Positions 8,415-18,525 of a DNA stretch of 58,016 nt are shown piece after piece. The translations under genes were made by a program, and so were the position numbers. The notes under the pieces are model-generated. The model was given only the letters and a program-made list of their open reading frames with translations. It made no database searches and was not told the DNA's origin. Origin of the DNA: a bacterium (GTDB taxonomy: Bacteria; Patescibacteriota; Microgenomatia; Daviesbacterales; UBA10151); assembly GCA_030647265.1 (NCBI GenBank), contig JAUSJM010000034.1:1-58016 (forward strand). The letters are read 5' to 3'. Every line of letters begins with the position of its first letter. The first letter of the stretch is position 1.

Positions 8415-8723
8415 ATGAAAATTAAAAAGAATGACACTGTAAAAGTATTATTAGGCAAAGATCAAGGTAAAACCGGAAAAGTGCTACGTGTTTTAGGGAA
8501 GGAAGACAAAGTTTTAGTGGAAGGGGTCAATATTTCTAAACGACATGTCGGGAAAAAGGGCCAAACAGAAGGGGGAATTATAGATTTGGTAAAACCTCTG
8601 AATATCAGTAATGTGGCTTTGGTTTGTCCGAGTTGTAAAAAGCCCACCCGGGTAGGCTATAAATTAAATGGTCAAAGTAAAGTCAGAGTTTGTAAAAAAT
8701 GCCAAGAGGAGATTAAAGCATGA
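8415..8723 (+). CDS. rplX: 50S ribosomal protein uL24
   Basis: 102 aa with a KOW motif ([20 protein letters not shown]). Confidence 0.95.
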   Translation: MKIKKNDTVKVLLGKDQGKTGKVLRVLGKEDKVLVEGVNISKRHVGKKGQTEGGIIDLVKPLNISNVALVCPSCKKPTRVGYKLNGQSKVRVCKKCQEEIKA

Positions 8724-9268
8724 ACAGATTAAGAGAAAAATATCAAAAAGAGATACTTCCTAAACTAAAAGAGGAGTTTGGTGCTAAAAATAATCTGGCA
8801 GTGCCAAAAGTTTCTAAAGTGGTGGTAAATGTGGGTATGGGTGATGCCAAGGATAACCAGCAGGCAGCAGAAAAAGTGGTGGCAGACTTAGCTGCTTTGG
8901 CGGGACAAAAACCGGTTATTATGAAGGCCAAAAAATCCATTTCCGGATTTAAACTGGCGAAAGGGCAGCCGGTAGGAGCGATGGTAACGCTGCGGGGAGA
9001 AAGGATGTATCAGTTTTTAGACAAGCTGTTTAGCATAGTTTTGCCTAAAGTAAGAGACTTTAGAGGTATTGCCGACACCTCTTTTGACTTGCGCGGTAAC
9101 TTTACTTTAGGGCTTAAGGAACAAGCTATTTTCCCGGAAATAGGTTTTCAAAGTTCTTCTCCTTCGGTTAAAATAAGAGGCTTGGAAATTTCCATTGTGG
9201 GCACGGCCCGAAACCGGGAAGAAGGACGAAGATTATTGGAACTTTTAGGAATGCCCTTTAAAAAATAA
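8720..9268 (+). CDS. rplE: 50S ribosomal protein uL5
   Basis: 182 aa; uL5 core and cluster position fit. ATGA overlap with rplX. Confidence 0.96.
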   Translation: MNRLREKYQKEILPKLKEEFGAKNNLAVPKVSKVVVNVGMGDAKDNQQAAEKVVADLAALAGQKPVIMKAKKSISGFKLAKGQPVGAMVTLRGERMYQFLDKLFSIVLPKVRDFRGIADTSFDLRGNFTLGLKEQAIFPEIGFQSSSPSVKIRGLEISIVGTARNREEGRRLLELLGMPFKK

Positions 9269-9274
9269 ACAACT

Positions 9275-9454
9275 ATGGCTAAAAAAAGTAACGTTGTGAA
9301 GAAAAAAGAAAAATATGCGGTGCGCTACCACAGCCGCTGTTTGCGATGTGGCAAGACACGCTTTGTTTTTCGAAGATTTGGTTTGTGCAGAATTTGTTTT
9401 AGGGAGTTAGCCCACTTGGGCCAACTGCCGGGAGTAAAAAAGTCCAGCTGGTAA
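9275..9454 (+). CDS. rpsN: 30S ribosomal protein uS14, zinc-binding short type
   Basis: Hand translation: [59 protein letters not shown] (59 aa). It has CxxC...CxxC. Below the ORF-track cutoff. Confidence 0.93.
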   Translation: MAKKSNVVKKKEKYAVRYHSRCLRCGKTRFVFRRFGLCRICFRELAHLGQLPGVKKSSW

Positions 9455-9458
9455 AAAT

Positions 9459-9854
9459 ATGGATAAAGTAGGAGACTTACTGATTAGAATAAAAAATGCC
9501 TATATGGCTTCCAGGAAGGAGACAGTTGCTCCTTACTCTAAACTGAGTTTGGCGATCTGTCAGCTTTTGGTAAAGGAAGGCTACCTGGAAAAATGTGAAG
9601 CCAAAGAGAGACAGATTAAAATATTCTTAAAATATGAAAACGATAAGACTAAAACTACCGGTAAAGCTCCGGCCTTGACTGATGTAAAAAGAGTATCTAA
9701 GCCGGGCCGCCGGGTTTATCAGGGAAATAAGCTTTTACCGAGAGTTTATAACGGTTTAGGGATAGCTATCATCTCCACTCCCAAAGGGGTGATGAGTGAT
9801 AAGCAAGCCAGAAAGGAGAAGGTAGGCGGAGAAGTCATGGCCTTCGTCTGGTAA
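9459..9854 (+). CDS. rpsH: 30S ribosomal protein uS8
   Basis: 131 aa with the DLLIRIKNA N-terminus, in the expected cluster position. Confidence 0.96.
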   Translation: MDKVGDLLIRIKNAYMASRKETVAPYSKLSLAICQLLVKEGYLEKCEAKERQIKIFLKYENDKTKTTGKAPALTDVKRVSKPGRRVYQGNKLLPRVYNGLGIAIISTPKGVMSDKQARKEKVGGEVMAFVW

Positions 9855-9858
9855 AGAT

Positions 9859-10413
9859 ATGAGCAGAGTAGGTAATAATCCCATTGCAGTTCCTCAAACA
9901 GTAAATGTGGAGATTGAGGGGCAAAAAGTAGCTGTCAAAGGGCCTTTAGGGGAGTTGTCTTTACACTGCCAACCCCAACTGAAGGTCGTTTTAGAGGATT
10001 CACAAATTATAGTGAAACGGAAGAAAGAAGATGCTTTTTCCCGTTCCCTGCACGGACTGACCAGGTCTTTAATTGCCAATATGGTCCAGGGAGTGGAAAA
10101 GGGTTGGGAGAAAAAACTGGAGCTTATAGGGGTAGGTTACAGGGCACAATTAAACGGAGAAAAACTAGTATTAAATGTCGGCTTTTCCCATCCTGTGGAG
10201 GTAGCAGCTCCGGAAGGCATCCGTTTTGCAGTGGCAGATAACACTAAGATCACTGTTTCCGGAATTGATAAAAGTTTAGTGGGGCAGGTTGCTGCCACCA
10301 TCAGAAAGGTCAGACCGCCTGAGCCTTACCAGGGCAAAGGAATCCGTTATGTTGGAGAATACGTTCGCCGTAAAGCGGGAAAAGCCGGTAAGGTAGGAGC
10401 AGGGGCAAAGTAA
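9859..10413 (+). CDS. rplF: 50S ribosomal protein uL6
   Basis: 184 aa with the SRVGNNPI N-terminus. Confidence 0.96.
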   Translation: MSRVGNNPIAVPQTVNVEIEGQKVAVKGPLGELSLHCQPQLKVVLEDSQIIVKRKKEDAFSRSLHGLTRSLIANMVQGVEKGWEKKLELIGVGYRAQLNGEKLVLNVGFSHPVEVAAPEGIRFAVADNTKITVSGIDKSLVGQVAATIRKVRPPEPYQGKGIRYVGEYVRRKAGKAGKVGAGAK

Positions 10414-10426
10414 TCAAGGAGAAACA

Positions 10427-10765
10427 ATGAAGTTAAATTTAAGACAGAAAAGGCATTTTAAAATAAGAAAGCATTTAACTGGCACTGCCTCTTGTCCCAG
10501 GCTGGCGGTTTTCCGTTCCAGCCAGCATATCTATGCCCAAATTATTGATGATAGCAAAGGTAAGACCCTGCTTTCCGGTTCTGATTTGAAATTAGATAAA
10601 AAGGGTGCAAAAATTGAAGTAGCTTTTGAGGTAGGTAAGAAACTGGGCCAGGAAGCCCTGAAAAAGGGTATTAAAGAGGTAGTTTTTGACAGAGGCGGAT
10701 TCTTATATCATGGAAGAGTAGCCAAAGTTGCCGAAGGTGCCAGGGAGGGAGGACTGAAATTTTAA
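10427..10765 (+). CDS. rplR: 50S ribosomal protein uL18
   Basis: 112 aa with [18 protein letters not shown] and [11 protein letters not shown]. Confidence 0.96.
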   Translation: MKLNLRQKRHFKIRKHLTGTASCPRLAVFRSSQHIYAQIIDDSKGKTLLSGSDLKLDKKGAKIEVAFEVGKKLGQEALKKGIKEVVFDRGGFLYHGRVAKVAEGAREGGLKF

Positions 10766-11298
10766 TGAATCTTGATAATTTACGTAACCAGTCAGAATAT
10801 TTTGAAAAAGTAGTCCAGGTCAACCGTGTTTCCAAAAAGACCAAAGGAGGAGATAAAAGATCTCTCTCAGTACTAGTGGTTTCAGGTGATAAAAGAGGAC
10901 GGGTGGGGGTAGGACTGGGAAAAGCCTCAGATGTCCAGTCGGCAGTGAGAAAGGCCACAACTTATGCTCAAAGACATATGATTACAGTACCTTTGAAAGA
11001 CAATCACACCATTCCCCATGCTATTGTTTTAAAACACGGGGCAGCTAGGGTAATGCTCAAACCTGCACCTGTGGGAACAGGAATTATCGCCGGAGGAGCA
11101 GTGCGGGTAGTGGTGGAGGCAGCAGGCATTTCCGATATTGTTTCTAAAATTTTAGGAACCAATAACCGGGCTTCCAATGTTTATGCTACCTTAGAAGCTT
11201 TAAGCAGGCTAAAGAAAATTAACCATGAAGCTGAAAAACCTACTGAAAAGGAAGAAAATAAATCCAAAAAGAAGGAGAAGAAAGATGAAGCTGCATAA
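10765..11298 (+). CDS. rpsE: 30S ribosomal protein uS5 with a K/E-rich tail
   Basis: 177 aa with VNRVSKKTKGG and GTGIIAGGAVR. Confidence 0.96.
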   Translation: MNLDNLRNQSEYFEKVVQVNRVSKKTKGGDKRSLSVLVVSGDKRGRVGVGLGKASDVQSAVRKATTYAQRHMITVPLKDNHTIPHAIVLKHGAARVMLKPAPVGTGIIAGGAVRVVVEAAGISDIVSKILGTNNRASNVYATLEALSRLKKINHEAEKPTEKEENKSKKKEKKDEAA

Positions 11299-11725
11299 GC
11301 TGTTAAAGGTAACGGGGAAAACAAAAAAAAGACTGGGACGGGGTTTAGGATCGGGGAAAGGTAAAACTGCTACTCGGGGAACCAAGGGCCAGAAAGCTCG
11401 GGAGAAGGTGGCAATAGGGTTTATCGGGGGCACCCTGCCTTTATACAAAAAGATCCCTTATCGCCGTGGTTTAGGTAATCCTAAACGGAGTCGAAAGATG
11501 GTTCCTCTGCCTCTTGCCAAGCTTGGCGGTTTTAAATCTCAATCCAGTATTGATTTGCAGGCTTTGATTGAAAAGGGGCTGGTTGGTGAAAAAGAAGCCC
11601 GCTTTAGGGGGGTAAAGGTTGTTAATGGCGGAGAAATAACTGTGGCCTTAAAGGTTAATCTTCCTGTGACTACTGCCGCCGCTTTAAAGATTGTCAAAGC
11701 AGGAGGAACAATTATCCGTGGCTAG
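11285..11725 (+). CDS. rplO: 50S ribosomal protein uL15
   Basis: [39 protein letters not shown] is the canonical uL15 N-terminus. I prefer ATG 11285 over the track's 11225, which lies inside rpsE. Confidence 0.92.
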   Translation: MKLHKLLKVTGKTKKRLGRGLGSGKGKTATRGTKGQKAREKVAIGFIGGTLPLYKKIPYRRGLGNPKRSRKMVPLPLAKLGGFKSQSSIDLQALIEKGLVGEKEARFRGVKVVNGGEITVALKVNLPVTTAAALKIVKAGGTIIRG

Positions 11726-13004
11726 CCTACTTGCTCCGCTTTTAGGGGCTTTCAAGATTCCCGACTTACGCCGCAAAATTATTATCACCGCCGTAGTTAT
11801 TGTAATTTACCGCATCGCCGCCCATATTCCTGTAGGAGGAGTTGATTTAGCCGCTTTAAAATCTCTTTTCGAAAGTAACCAATTTTTAGGGCTGCTGGAT
11901 ATTTTTTCCGGCGGTACTTTAGGAAACTTTTCTATTATATCTTTGGGGTTAAATCCTTACATCAATGCCTCCATTATTATGCAGCTTTTAACGATGGTTT
12001 TCCCCTCCCTGGAAGCCCTTTCTAAAGAAGGGGAATTTGGGAGGCAGAAAATTAACCAATATACAAGATATCTGACAGTTCCTTTGGCTGTTCTGCAATC
12101 AGTGGGAATGTTTACTCTCTTGAAAAACCAGGGCATTGTTCCTCAGGCTATTCCCCTTAGTATCCTGGCTATTATTGTTGCTATGACAGCGGGGACGATC
12201 TTTGCCATGTGGTTGGGAGAGTTGATTACTGAGTATGGAGTAGGCAACGGTATCTCTTTGCTTATCTTTGCCGGCATTGTAGCTCAGGCGCCGGTCGCTT
12301 TTACCCAGACCATCTCTATTGCCGATCAACAGCAGATATTAAACTTATTGCTTTTTGGCGCCCTGGGTTTAGCTATTACTGCGGGTATCGTCTTTATAAA
12401 CGAAGGCAGGAGGCAGATTATGGTCCAGTATGCCCGGAGATTTCTGGGAGGCAGGGAGGTGGGAGGATCGTCTACTTACTTACCACTCCGAGTTAATCAA
12501 GCAGGGGTAATACCTATAATCTTTGCCGTTTCTTTGGTACTTATTCCCTCCTTTGCCGGTCAATATTTGTCTTCGGTAAACCAACCGATGCTGCAGTCAG
12601 TAGGCCGATGGTTTTTGACTTACTTTACGGTTAACTCCTGGGCCTATAATCTAACCTACTTTATCTTGGTTATCGGTTTTACCTACTTTTACACGGCGGT
12701 GGTTTTTAATCCCGGTAAAATTTCCGAAGAGATTAAAAAATCCGGAGCTTTTATTCCCGGTATTAGGCCGGGGACAGCCACTGCTGCATATTTAAACTAT
12801 ATTTTGCTCCGAATTACCTTGGCAGGGGCGGTCTTTTTGGGCTTAGTGGCCATCTTGCCTTCCATTGTTTCCCAGATGACGGGGGTTACCACTCTAGCTA
12901 TCGGAGGCACCGGGCTATTGATTGTGGTCTCAGTTATTTTAGATACCGCCAAACAGTTTGAGAGCAGATTGGTGGAAAGAAATTACGAGAGGTTTTTAAC
13001 TTAA
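11718..13004 (+). CDS. secY: preprotein translocase subunit SecY
   Basis: Polytopic membrane ORF between rplO and adk. I prefer GTG 11718, which follows AGGAGG (11701-11706), over the track's TTG 11691. Confidence 0.93.
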   Translation: MASLLAPLLGAFKIPDLRRKIIITAVVIVIYRIAAHIPVGGVDLAALKSLFESNQFLGLLDIFSGGTLGNFSIISLGLNPYINASIIMQLLTMVFPSLEALSKEGEFGRQKINQYTRYLTVPLAVLQSVGMFTLLKNQGIVPQAIPLSILAIIVAMTAGTIFAMWLGELITEYGVGNGISLLIFAGIVAQAPVAFTQTISIADQQQILNLLLFGALGLAITAGIVFINEGRRQIMVQYARRFLGGREVGGSSTYLPLRVNQAGVIPIIFAVSLVLIPSFAGQYLSSVNQPMLQSVGRWFLTYFTVNSWAYNLTYFILVIGFTYFYTAVVFNPGKISEEIKKSGAFIPGIRPGTATAAYLNYILLRITLAGAVFLGLVAILPSIVSQMTGVTTLAIGGTGLLIVVSVILDTAKQFESRLVERNYERFLT

Positions 13005-13005
13005 G

Positions 13006-13542
13006 GTGAAGGTCATGATTACCGGTCCGCAAGGATCAGGAAAAACCACCCAAGCAAAAGCTTTAGCCAAAAAGTTAGGACTGTGTTTGATAGAGGTGGG
13101 TGCTATGCTGCGGGAGAGAGTTAAAAAGGGCGATCCTTGGAGTCTGGAGGTCAGGAAAACCTTAGACGAGGGGCAGCTGATGGACGATCAGCTGGTTTCC
13201 CGTTTAGTGAAAAAAAGGATTTCTGAGAGTGATTGCCAGCAGGGATTTGTCAGTGACGGCTACCCCCGGACTTTCTCTCAACATCTGGAATGCGATGCAG
13301 GATTTGATAAAGTCTTATATTTAAAAATTTCCGACGAGGAAGCGATAAAAAGACTGCTAAAAAGAGGCCGGGAAGATGACAACCTGCCGGCGATTGAAAA
13401 AAGATTAACTTGGTATCACGAGGAGACGAAACCACTTTTGGATTATTACCAGGACTTAGGGATTTTGGTGACTATCAACGGCGAGCGACCCATAAAGGAG
13501 GTAGCAAAAGAGATCGAAGGGTATTTTAAGGACCAACCATGA
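13006..13542 (+). CDS. adk: adenylate kinase (short form)
   Basis: 178 aa with a GTG start and the P-loop GPQGSGKTTQ. Confidence 0.88.
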   Translation: MKVMITGPQGSGKTTQAKALAKKLGLCLIEVGAMLRERVKKGDPWSLEVRKTLDEGQLMDDQLVSRLVKKRISESDCQQGFVSDGYPRTFSQHLECDAGFDKVLYLKISDEEAIKRLLKRGREDDNLPAIEKRLTWYHEETKPLLDYYQDLGILVTINGERPIKEVAKEIEGYFKDQP

Positions 13543-14309
13543 AGGGGATGATCAGAAGCCAGAAGGAGTTGGAACTGATGAAGCAAAGCGGAAAGATCAC
13601 CGCTTTGGCTTTAAAGAAAGCTATAGAAAGTGCTCGCCCTGGTATTTCTTTGCTGGAGGTAGAACAGGTAGCAGAGGAGGAGATTAAAAAACTGGGGGCG
13701 GAGCCATCTTTTAGGAGTGTGCCTGGTTATCATTGGACAACCTGTCTGACAGTCAATGATGAAGTGGTTCATGGCCTGCCCCGGGATATAAAGCTACGGG
13801 TAGGAGATGTTTTAGGTATAGATGTGGGAGCACTTTTTAAAGGCTGGCATACAGATTCTGCTTGGTCGGTACTGGTGGGAGGGGGTTTAGATAAGGGGTT
13901 GGCAGAGAAAAAGAGGTTTTTGCAAGTTGGGGAAGATGTTTTATGGAAAGCTATCTCTCAAGCGGTAGAAGGAAAAAGAGTAGGTGATATTTCAGCTACT
14001 ATTCAGCAGGGGATAGAAAGGCAGGGATATTCGGTGGTTAGAAGCTATGCCGGGCATGGAGTAGGCAGATATGGCCATGAGGAGCCGGAGATACCGGAGT
14101 ACGGCAGTTTCGGTAGAGGGTTGCTTTTGAAGGCAGGGATGACTTTGGCTGTCGAGGTAATTTATGCTTCCGGTAGGGGTGAGGTTTTTGAGACGGGGGA
14201 TGGTTGGACAGTAGCTACCAGGGACAGAAGCCTGGGAGGGCTTTTTGAGATGACGGTTATTGTAGGTAAGAACAAACCGGAGGTTCTGACTGATTGGAGA
14301 AACTCATAG
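13539..14309 (+). CDS. map: methionine aminopeptidase type I
   Basis: 256-aa MetAP fold (GIDVGA..., AGHGVG, ...EVI). ATGA overlap with adk. Confidence 0.92.
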   Translation: MKGMIRSQKELELMKQSGKITALALKKAIESARPGISLLEVEQVAEEEIKKLGAEPSFRSVPGYHWTTCLTVNDEVVHGLPRDIKLRVGDVLGIDVGALFKGWHTDSAWSVLVGGGLDKGLAEKKRFLQVGEDVLWKAISQAVEGKRVGDISATIQQGIERQGYSVVRSYAGHGVGRYGHEEPEIPEYGSFGRGLLLKAGMTLAVEVIYASGRGEVFETGDGWTVATRDRSLGGLFEMTVIVGKNKPEVLTDWRNS

Positions 14310-14365
14310 TAGTGTTGCCTTTTGAATCTAGGTTTGGTAAAATTATTCACTGTGCCTAAAAAATC

Positions 14366-14620
14366 ATGGATGATCAGAGTTTAAACAAAGATGTTATTGA
14401 GGTAGAAGGAAAAGTACTGGAAGTGTTGCCCAACACTATGTTCCGGGTGGAGATTGATAAATCTGAGGTTCCGGAACTTTTAGGGAGGGTGATTTTAGCT
14501 CATATTTCCGGTAAAATGCGCATGCACTATATCAGGCTGCTAACAGGAGACAGGGTCAAACTGGAGATGAGTCCGAAGTATGATATAGACAAAGGAAGAA
14601 TTACTTTTAGATTAAGGTGA
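14366..14620 (+). CDS. infA: translation initiation factor IF-1
   Basis: 84-aa S1-like ORF with [20 protein letters not shown]. Confidence 0.93.
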   Translation: MDDQSLNKDVIEVEGKVLEVLPNTMFRVEIDKSEVPELLGRVILAHISGKMRMHYIRLLTGDRVKLEMSPKYDIDKGRITFRLR

Positions 14621-14663
14621 CGCTTTGCGTCATCCTGAGGAGCCATTAAGGCGACGAAGGATC
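14619..14663. repeat. CCTGAGG...CGAAGGA hairpin-repeat copy between infA and rpmJ
   Basis: gacgctttgcgtcatcctgaggagccattaaggcgacgaaggatc. It contains the gacgc/gcgtc mini-hairpin and atcct...aggat ends. Confidence 0.5.
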
Positions 14664-14675
14664 TAGAAAGAATAT

Positions 14676-14792
14676 ATGAAAGTGCAAGCTAGTATAAAAA
14701 CAAGGTGTAAGTTTTGTAAAATAGTAAAACGGGAAGGCATTTTATATGTCATCTGTCCCCGTGATCCAAGACATAAACAAAGACAAGGATAA
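14676..14792 (+). CDS. rpmJ: 50S ribosomal protein bL36
   Basis: Hand translation: [38 protein letters not shown] (38 aa). Below the ORF-track cutoff. Confidence 0.95.
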   Translation: MKVQASIKTRCKFCKIVKREGILYVICPRDPRHKQRQG

Positions 14793-14796
14793 AAAT

Positions 14797-15246
14797 ATGG
14801 AAATATTACAAATGTTACAGAATTTTCAGCAAGGTCCGAAAGATCCGATGGAATTTGGAGCAAGCTGTTTAAAGTCGGCAGAAAGACGGGTAAGAAGTGG
14901 TTGGAATAACAATATATCAATTGTTTTCGCGGATAGAAGTGGGATGCCTCAATTAACAGTTCCGATGATAGATAATAAAGATAATGTTTTAGATTTTACT
15001 GAGGCGGAAGTAGATCAATTAGTAGGAGAGAGGTGGTTACTAGGAGAGCATGGAGAGATTGAGGGCAGATGGGTAGTTTGTGACGGGGGGAGAAAGAAGC
15101 GTGTGTTAGAGTATAATGGTTCTTCGAAAGGTGATTTTTCTTGGATTTTAAGGAAATACACTTTAGATAATAATTCTCTGCTTGCAAGTATTGTCTCAAG
15201 CGTAAGGCTTGAATGGGTAATGATAAGGAGTGGATTATACGCATAA
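14797..15246 (+). CDS. hypothetical protein inserted between rpmJ and rpsM
   Basis: Track ORF is 14746-15246. I prefer ATG 14797 (MEILQMLQNF...), 4 nt after the rpmJ stop with AAGGAT upstream. It ends 3 nt before rpsM. No recognisable domain. Confidence 0.6.
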   Translation: MEILQMLQNFQQGPKDPMEFGASCLKSAERRVRSGWNNNISIVFADRSGMPQLTVPMIDNKDNVLDFTEAEVDQLVGERWLLGEHGEIEGRWVVCDGGRKKRVLEYNGSSKGDFSWILRKYTLDNNSLLASIVSSVRLEWVMIRSGLYA

Positions 15247-15249
15247 AAT

Positions 15250-15642
15250 ATGGCGAGAATTGCAGGAGTAAACCTACCGGATCAAAAAAGAGTGGATATC
15301 GGACTAACTTATATCTTTGGTATAGGACGGTCAAACGTGGTTCAGGTGTTAGAGACAGCTAAGGTAGAAGCTTCCAAAAAGGTCAAAGATTTAACGGAAG
15401 AGGAAATTGGAAGATTGCAGAAAGCGTTGGACCAGTTTAGAGTGGAAGGAGATTTAAGACAGTTTATCAGCCAAAATATCAGAAGACTGGAAGATATCGG
15501 TTCTTATCGGGGGCTAAGGCACAGGAGGGGCTTACCGGTAAGGGGCCAAAGGACCAGGTCCAATTCCAGGACCAGGAAAGGTAAAAGAAAGACGGTTGGT
15601 ACAGTAAGGAAGGAAATTGTAACCAAGGTGGGAAGCAAATAA
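15250..15642 (+). CDS. rpsM: 30S ribosomal protein uS13
   Basis: 130 aa with the [11 protein letters not shown]-terminus. Confidence 0.97.
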   Translation: MARIAGVNLPDQKRVDIGLTYIFGIGRSNVVQVLETAKVEASKKVKDLTEEEIGRLQKALDQFRVEGDLRQFISQNIRRLEDIGSYRGLRHRRGLPVRGQRTRSNSRTRKGKRKTVGTVRKEIVTKVGSK

Positions 15643-15643
15643 T

Positions 15644-16045
15644 ATGGCTAAAAAACAGACAATAAAAACCAGAGCAGTAAAAAAGAGTGCCCCGAAGCAG
15701 GTTTTTGCGGGAAGAGTTTATGTTACTGCCACCTTTAATAACACTTTAGTGACTTTAACCGATAACCAAGGTAACTCTTTAGCCTGGGGTTCTGCCGGAG
15801 CCTCCGGTTTTAAGGGAGCCAGAAAAGCTACCCCCTTTGCTGCTATCACTGCAGTGGAGAGTGTTGTCAGTAAAGGAAAAGAGTTGGGAATGAACTCTGT
15901 TGAGGTTTACATTAAAGGACCGGGGCCGGGAAGAGATGCTGCCATCAGAGCTTTGAGAAGTGCCGGTTTAAATATCACCATGATTGCCGATGTCACCCCG
16001 ATTCCCTATAACGGGCCAAGGGCTAAGAAAAAGAGGAGAGTTTAA
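15644..16045 (+). CDS. rpsK: 30S ribosomal protein uS11
   Basis: 133 aa with the uS11 core (FNNTLVTLTD, GFKGARKATPFAA). Confidence 0.97.
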   Translation: MAKKQTIKTRAVKKSAPKQVFAGRVYVTATFNNTLVTLTDNQGNSLAWGSAGASGFKGARKATPFAAITAVESVVSKGKELGMNSVEVYIKGPGPGRDAAIRALRSAGLNITMIADVTPIPYNGPRAKKKRRV

Positions 16046-16046
16046 A

Positions 16047-16652
16047 GTGGCAAGATACACCGGACCGAAAAGAAGATTAAGCAGAAGAGAAGGTACTGCC
16101 CTTTTTGCCAAGGATTTGGCTTATTTGGAAAGAAAAGGGGCTGTTCCCCCCGGACAACACGGAACAGGTAGAGCCCGCCGGAAGGTTTCTGAGTACGGTA
16201 TTCAACTTAGAGAAAAACAAAAAGCAAAAAGAATTTACGGACTTTTAGAAAGGCAGTTTGCCAAGTATTACCAAATTGCCAGTAGGAAGCGCGGTAATAC
16301 CGGCCAGGCACTCCTTGAGCTTTTAGAAACCCGTTTGGATAATGTAGTTTACCGCTTAGGTTTTACCACTTCAAGGGCTTCAGCCAGACAGATGGTTTCC
16401 CACGGGCATATCAAGATAGACGGCAAAAAAGTGAATATTCCCTCCTTTCAAGTTAAACCGGGAATAACTGTTGCTATTTTAGATAAAATGTTGGATAATA
16501 CTCAGGTTAAAAAGAGTTTGGAAGAGAGTCAAACCTTGCCAGAGTGGCTTCAGAGGAAGGCTACAGTGGGCAAGGTTTTACGAGTACCCACCAGAGATGA
16601 GATGGAGCCGGGGATTAACGAGCAGATGATTGTGGAATACTACAGCAGATAA
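16047..16652 (+). CDS. rpsD: 30S ribosomal protein uS4
   Basis: GTG 16047 gives (M)ARYTGPKRRLSRREG, the canonical uS4 start. The track's 15984 start lies inside rpsK. Confidence 0.95.
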   Translation: MARYTGPKRRLSRREGTALFAKDLAYLERKGAVPPGQHGTGRARRKVSEYGIQLREKQKAKRIYGLLERQFAKYYQIASRKRGNTGQALLELLETRLDNVVYRLGFTTSRASARQMVSHGHIKIDGKKVNIPSFQVKPGITVAILDKMLDNTQVKKSLEESQTLPEWLQRKATVGKVLRVPTRDEMEPGINEQMIVEYYSR

Positions 16653-16659
16653 ATAGAGA

Positions 16660-17571
16660 ATGATTAACTTTAAAATTACAAAACAAGATGAAAATGACAA
16701 ATCGGGCTCTTTCGTCATTGAGCCTTTAGAGAGAGGATTTGGTCATACCGTGGGTAACTGTTTAAGACGGGTGCTTCTGACCAACCTGGAAGGAGCAGCT
16801 ATTATTTCTATTAAGCTTGACGGAGTGGCTCATCCTTTTTCTACCATCTCCGGTATTTCTGAAGATGTTATGCAAATAATCCTCAACCTGAAAAAAGTAA
16901 GGTTAAAGGTCTTTTCCGATAACCCTGTAAGGTTGGTGCTGAAAGCTTCCGGTAAAGGTGATATCAGAGCTCGGGATATTGATGCTTTGGGAGGCGGAGA
17001 GATTATTAACCCCGATTTACATATTGCTTCTTTGACCTCTCCTTCCGCCAAGTTTAATCTGGAGATGATGGCAGATAAAGGAGTGGGTTATGTCGGAGCT
17101 GATGAGAAGAAAACTTCCGAGATTGGTGTCATTCCCATTGATTCCATCTATACTCCGGTGACTTCTGTAACTTACAAGGTGGAAGCAACCCGTGTTGGCC
17201 GAAGTACTAACTTTGATAAGTTGACCATTAGTATCACCACAGATGGTACCATTACTCCGGAAGAGGCTTTAATGTCCAGCGCCAAGTCCCTAAGCTCCTA
17301 TTTTAAACAGCTTTACGAACCGGTTTTTGATGGCGAAGAGGGTATACCGGTAGCTGCTGTTTCTGATGATACCTTAAAGATGAGTGTAGAAGAGTTAGAT
17401 CTGCCGGTTCGAATTACCAATGCTTTGAAAGCAGTGGAGATTGACAGTGTAGGACAGCTTATTAGCACTCCCAAAGTGGTACTTTTAAAGACCAAGAACC
17501 TGGGAGTACAATCTCTCGGTTTAATTTCTCAAAAGCTTACAGAAAGGGGCTTGAGTTTAAGTGAGGCATAG
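16660..17571 (+). CDS. rpoA: DNA-directed RNA polymerase subunit alpha
   Basis: 303 aa with an N-terminal dimerisation domain and an alpha-CTD (LDLPVRITNALK). Confidence 0.95.
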   Translation: MINFKITKQDENDKSGSFVIEPLERGFGHTVGNCLRRVLLTNLEGAAIISIKLDGVAHPFSTISGISEDVMQIILNLKKVRLKVFSDNPVRLVLKASGKGDIRARDIDALGGGEIINPDLHIASLTSPSAKFNLEMMADKGVGYVGADEKKTSEIGVIPIDSIYTPVTSVTYKVEATRVGRSTNFDKLTISITTDGTITPEEALMSSAKSLSSYFKQLYEPVFDGEEGIPVAAVSDDTLKMSVEELDLPVRITNALKAVEIDSVGQLISTPKVVLLKTKNLGVQSLGLISQKLTERGLSLSEA

Positions 17572-18094
17572 AGTTTATGGTAAACACCTTGGACGCGATA
17601 AAGATGAACGAAGGTCTCTTTTTAGGGGCTTAGTCCGCGAACTCTTCATCCACGAAAGTATAGTCACCACCCAAGCCAAAGCCAAAGCTATAAAAGGCTT
17701 GGTAGACCGTTTAATTAGCAAGAGCAGGAAAGATGATTTGACTTCCAAACATCTGGCTGGAGAGTTTTTGTCTTCAAAAGAAATTACTAAGAAGCTTCTG
17801 GAAGAGATTGCTCCCCGTTATAAAGAAAGAACCTCCGGTTTTACCAATTTGGTGAAGTTAGGGCAAAGGGCTGGAGACGGGGCCATGCTGGTCAAGATGA
17901 GCTTGGTCCAGGAAGACAAGAAAAAGTTATTAGCTGTCAGTCGCTCGCCTCGCTTCGGCGAAGCGGGTCAGTCGTCAGATACTAGTCAATCGGTTGTCGG
18001 TGAGTCTGTAACAGAGGAACAGAAAACTGATAAACCAAAACCTAAAAATCGAAAACCGAAAACAGGTAATAAGAAAGCAAAGGGGAAGAAATAA
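17561..18094 (+). CDS. rplQ: 50S ribosomal protein bL17 with a ~60-aa low-complexity tail
   Basis: 177 aa with a GTG start and the bL17 core ([23 protein letters not shown]). The tail contains a cgcttcggcgaagcg palindrome and a K/P-rich end. Confidence 0.94.
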   Translation: MRHRVYGKHLGRDKDERRSLFRGLVRELFIHESIVTTQAKAKAIKGLVDRLISKSRKDDLTSKHLAGEFLSSKEITKKLLEEIAPRYKERTSGFTNLVKLGQRAGDGAMLVKMSLVQEDKKKLLAVSRSPRFGEAGQSSDTSQSVVGESVTEEQKTDKPKPKNRKPKTGNKKAKGKK

Positions 18095-18096
18095 TT

Positions 18097-18525
18097 ATGT
18101 CTACTAACAGGTTATCTATCAAAGAGATACGAAGAGAGTGGCATTTAGTGGATGCTAAAAATAAAGTGCTGGGAAGATTGGCTACCGAGGTGGCTACCAT
18201 CCTGATGGGAAAAAATAAACCTAACTTTGTGCCTTACTTAGACACAGGGGATAGTGTGGTGGTTATTAATGCCGAAAAGGTGGCAGTGACCGGTAAAAAA
18301 GAAAAGCAAAAAGTGTACACCCGCCATTCAGGTTATCCTGGAGGATTAAAGCAAGCAACCTTAGATAAAGTGCGGGCTGCTAAACCGGAAGAGGTTGTTT
18401 TTCATGCGGTAAAAGGGATGGTGCCGAAAACTAAACTTGGCAGGCAGATGATAAAAAAGTTACATGTATATGCCGGTTTAGAACACCCATTTAAAAACCG
18501 ATTAAAGGAGCAGGATGGCAAATAG
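18097..18525 (+). CDS. rplM: 50S ribosomal protein uL13
   Basis: 142 aa with [15 protein letters not shown]. Confidence 0.96.
   Translation: MSTNRLSIKEIRREWHLVDAKNKVLGRLATEVATILMGKNKPNFVPYLDTGDSVVVINAEKVAVTGKKEKQKVYTRHSGYPGGLKQATLDKVRAAKPEEVVFHAVKGMVPKTKLGRQMIKKLHVYAGLEHPFKNRLKEQDGK

Noticed and set aside
11225-11284. N-terminal extensions of rplO (11225), rpsD (15984) and secY (11691) in the ORF track.
   Set aside because: The canonical N-termini of uL15, uS4 and SecY begin at the internal starts 11285, 16047 (GTG) and 11718 (GTG after AGGAGG). The extensions lie inside the preceding genes.
14746-14796. The track start of the orphan ORF at 14746, which would overlap rpmJ by 47 nt.
   Set aside because: rpmJ (14676-14792) is a clean bL36. 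An in-frame ATG at 14797, with AAGGAT upstream, gives a non-overlapping gene, so the upstream extension is probably not translated.
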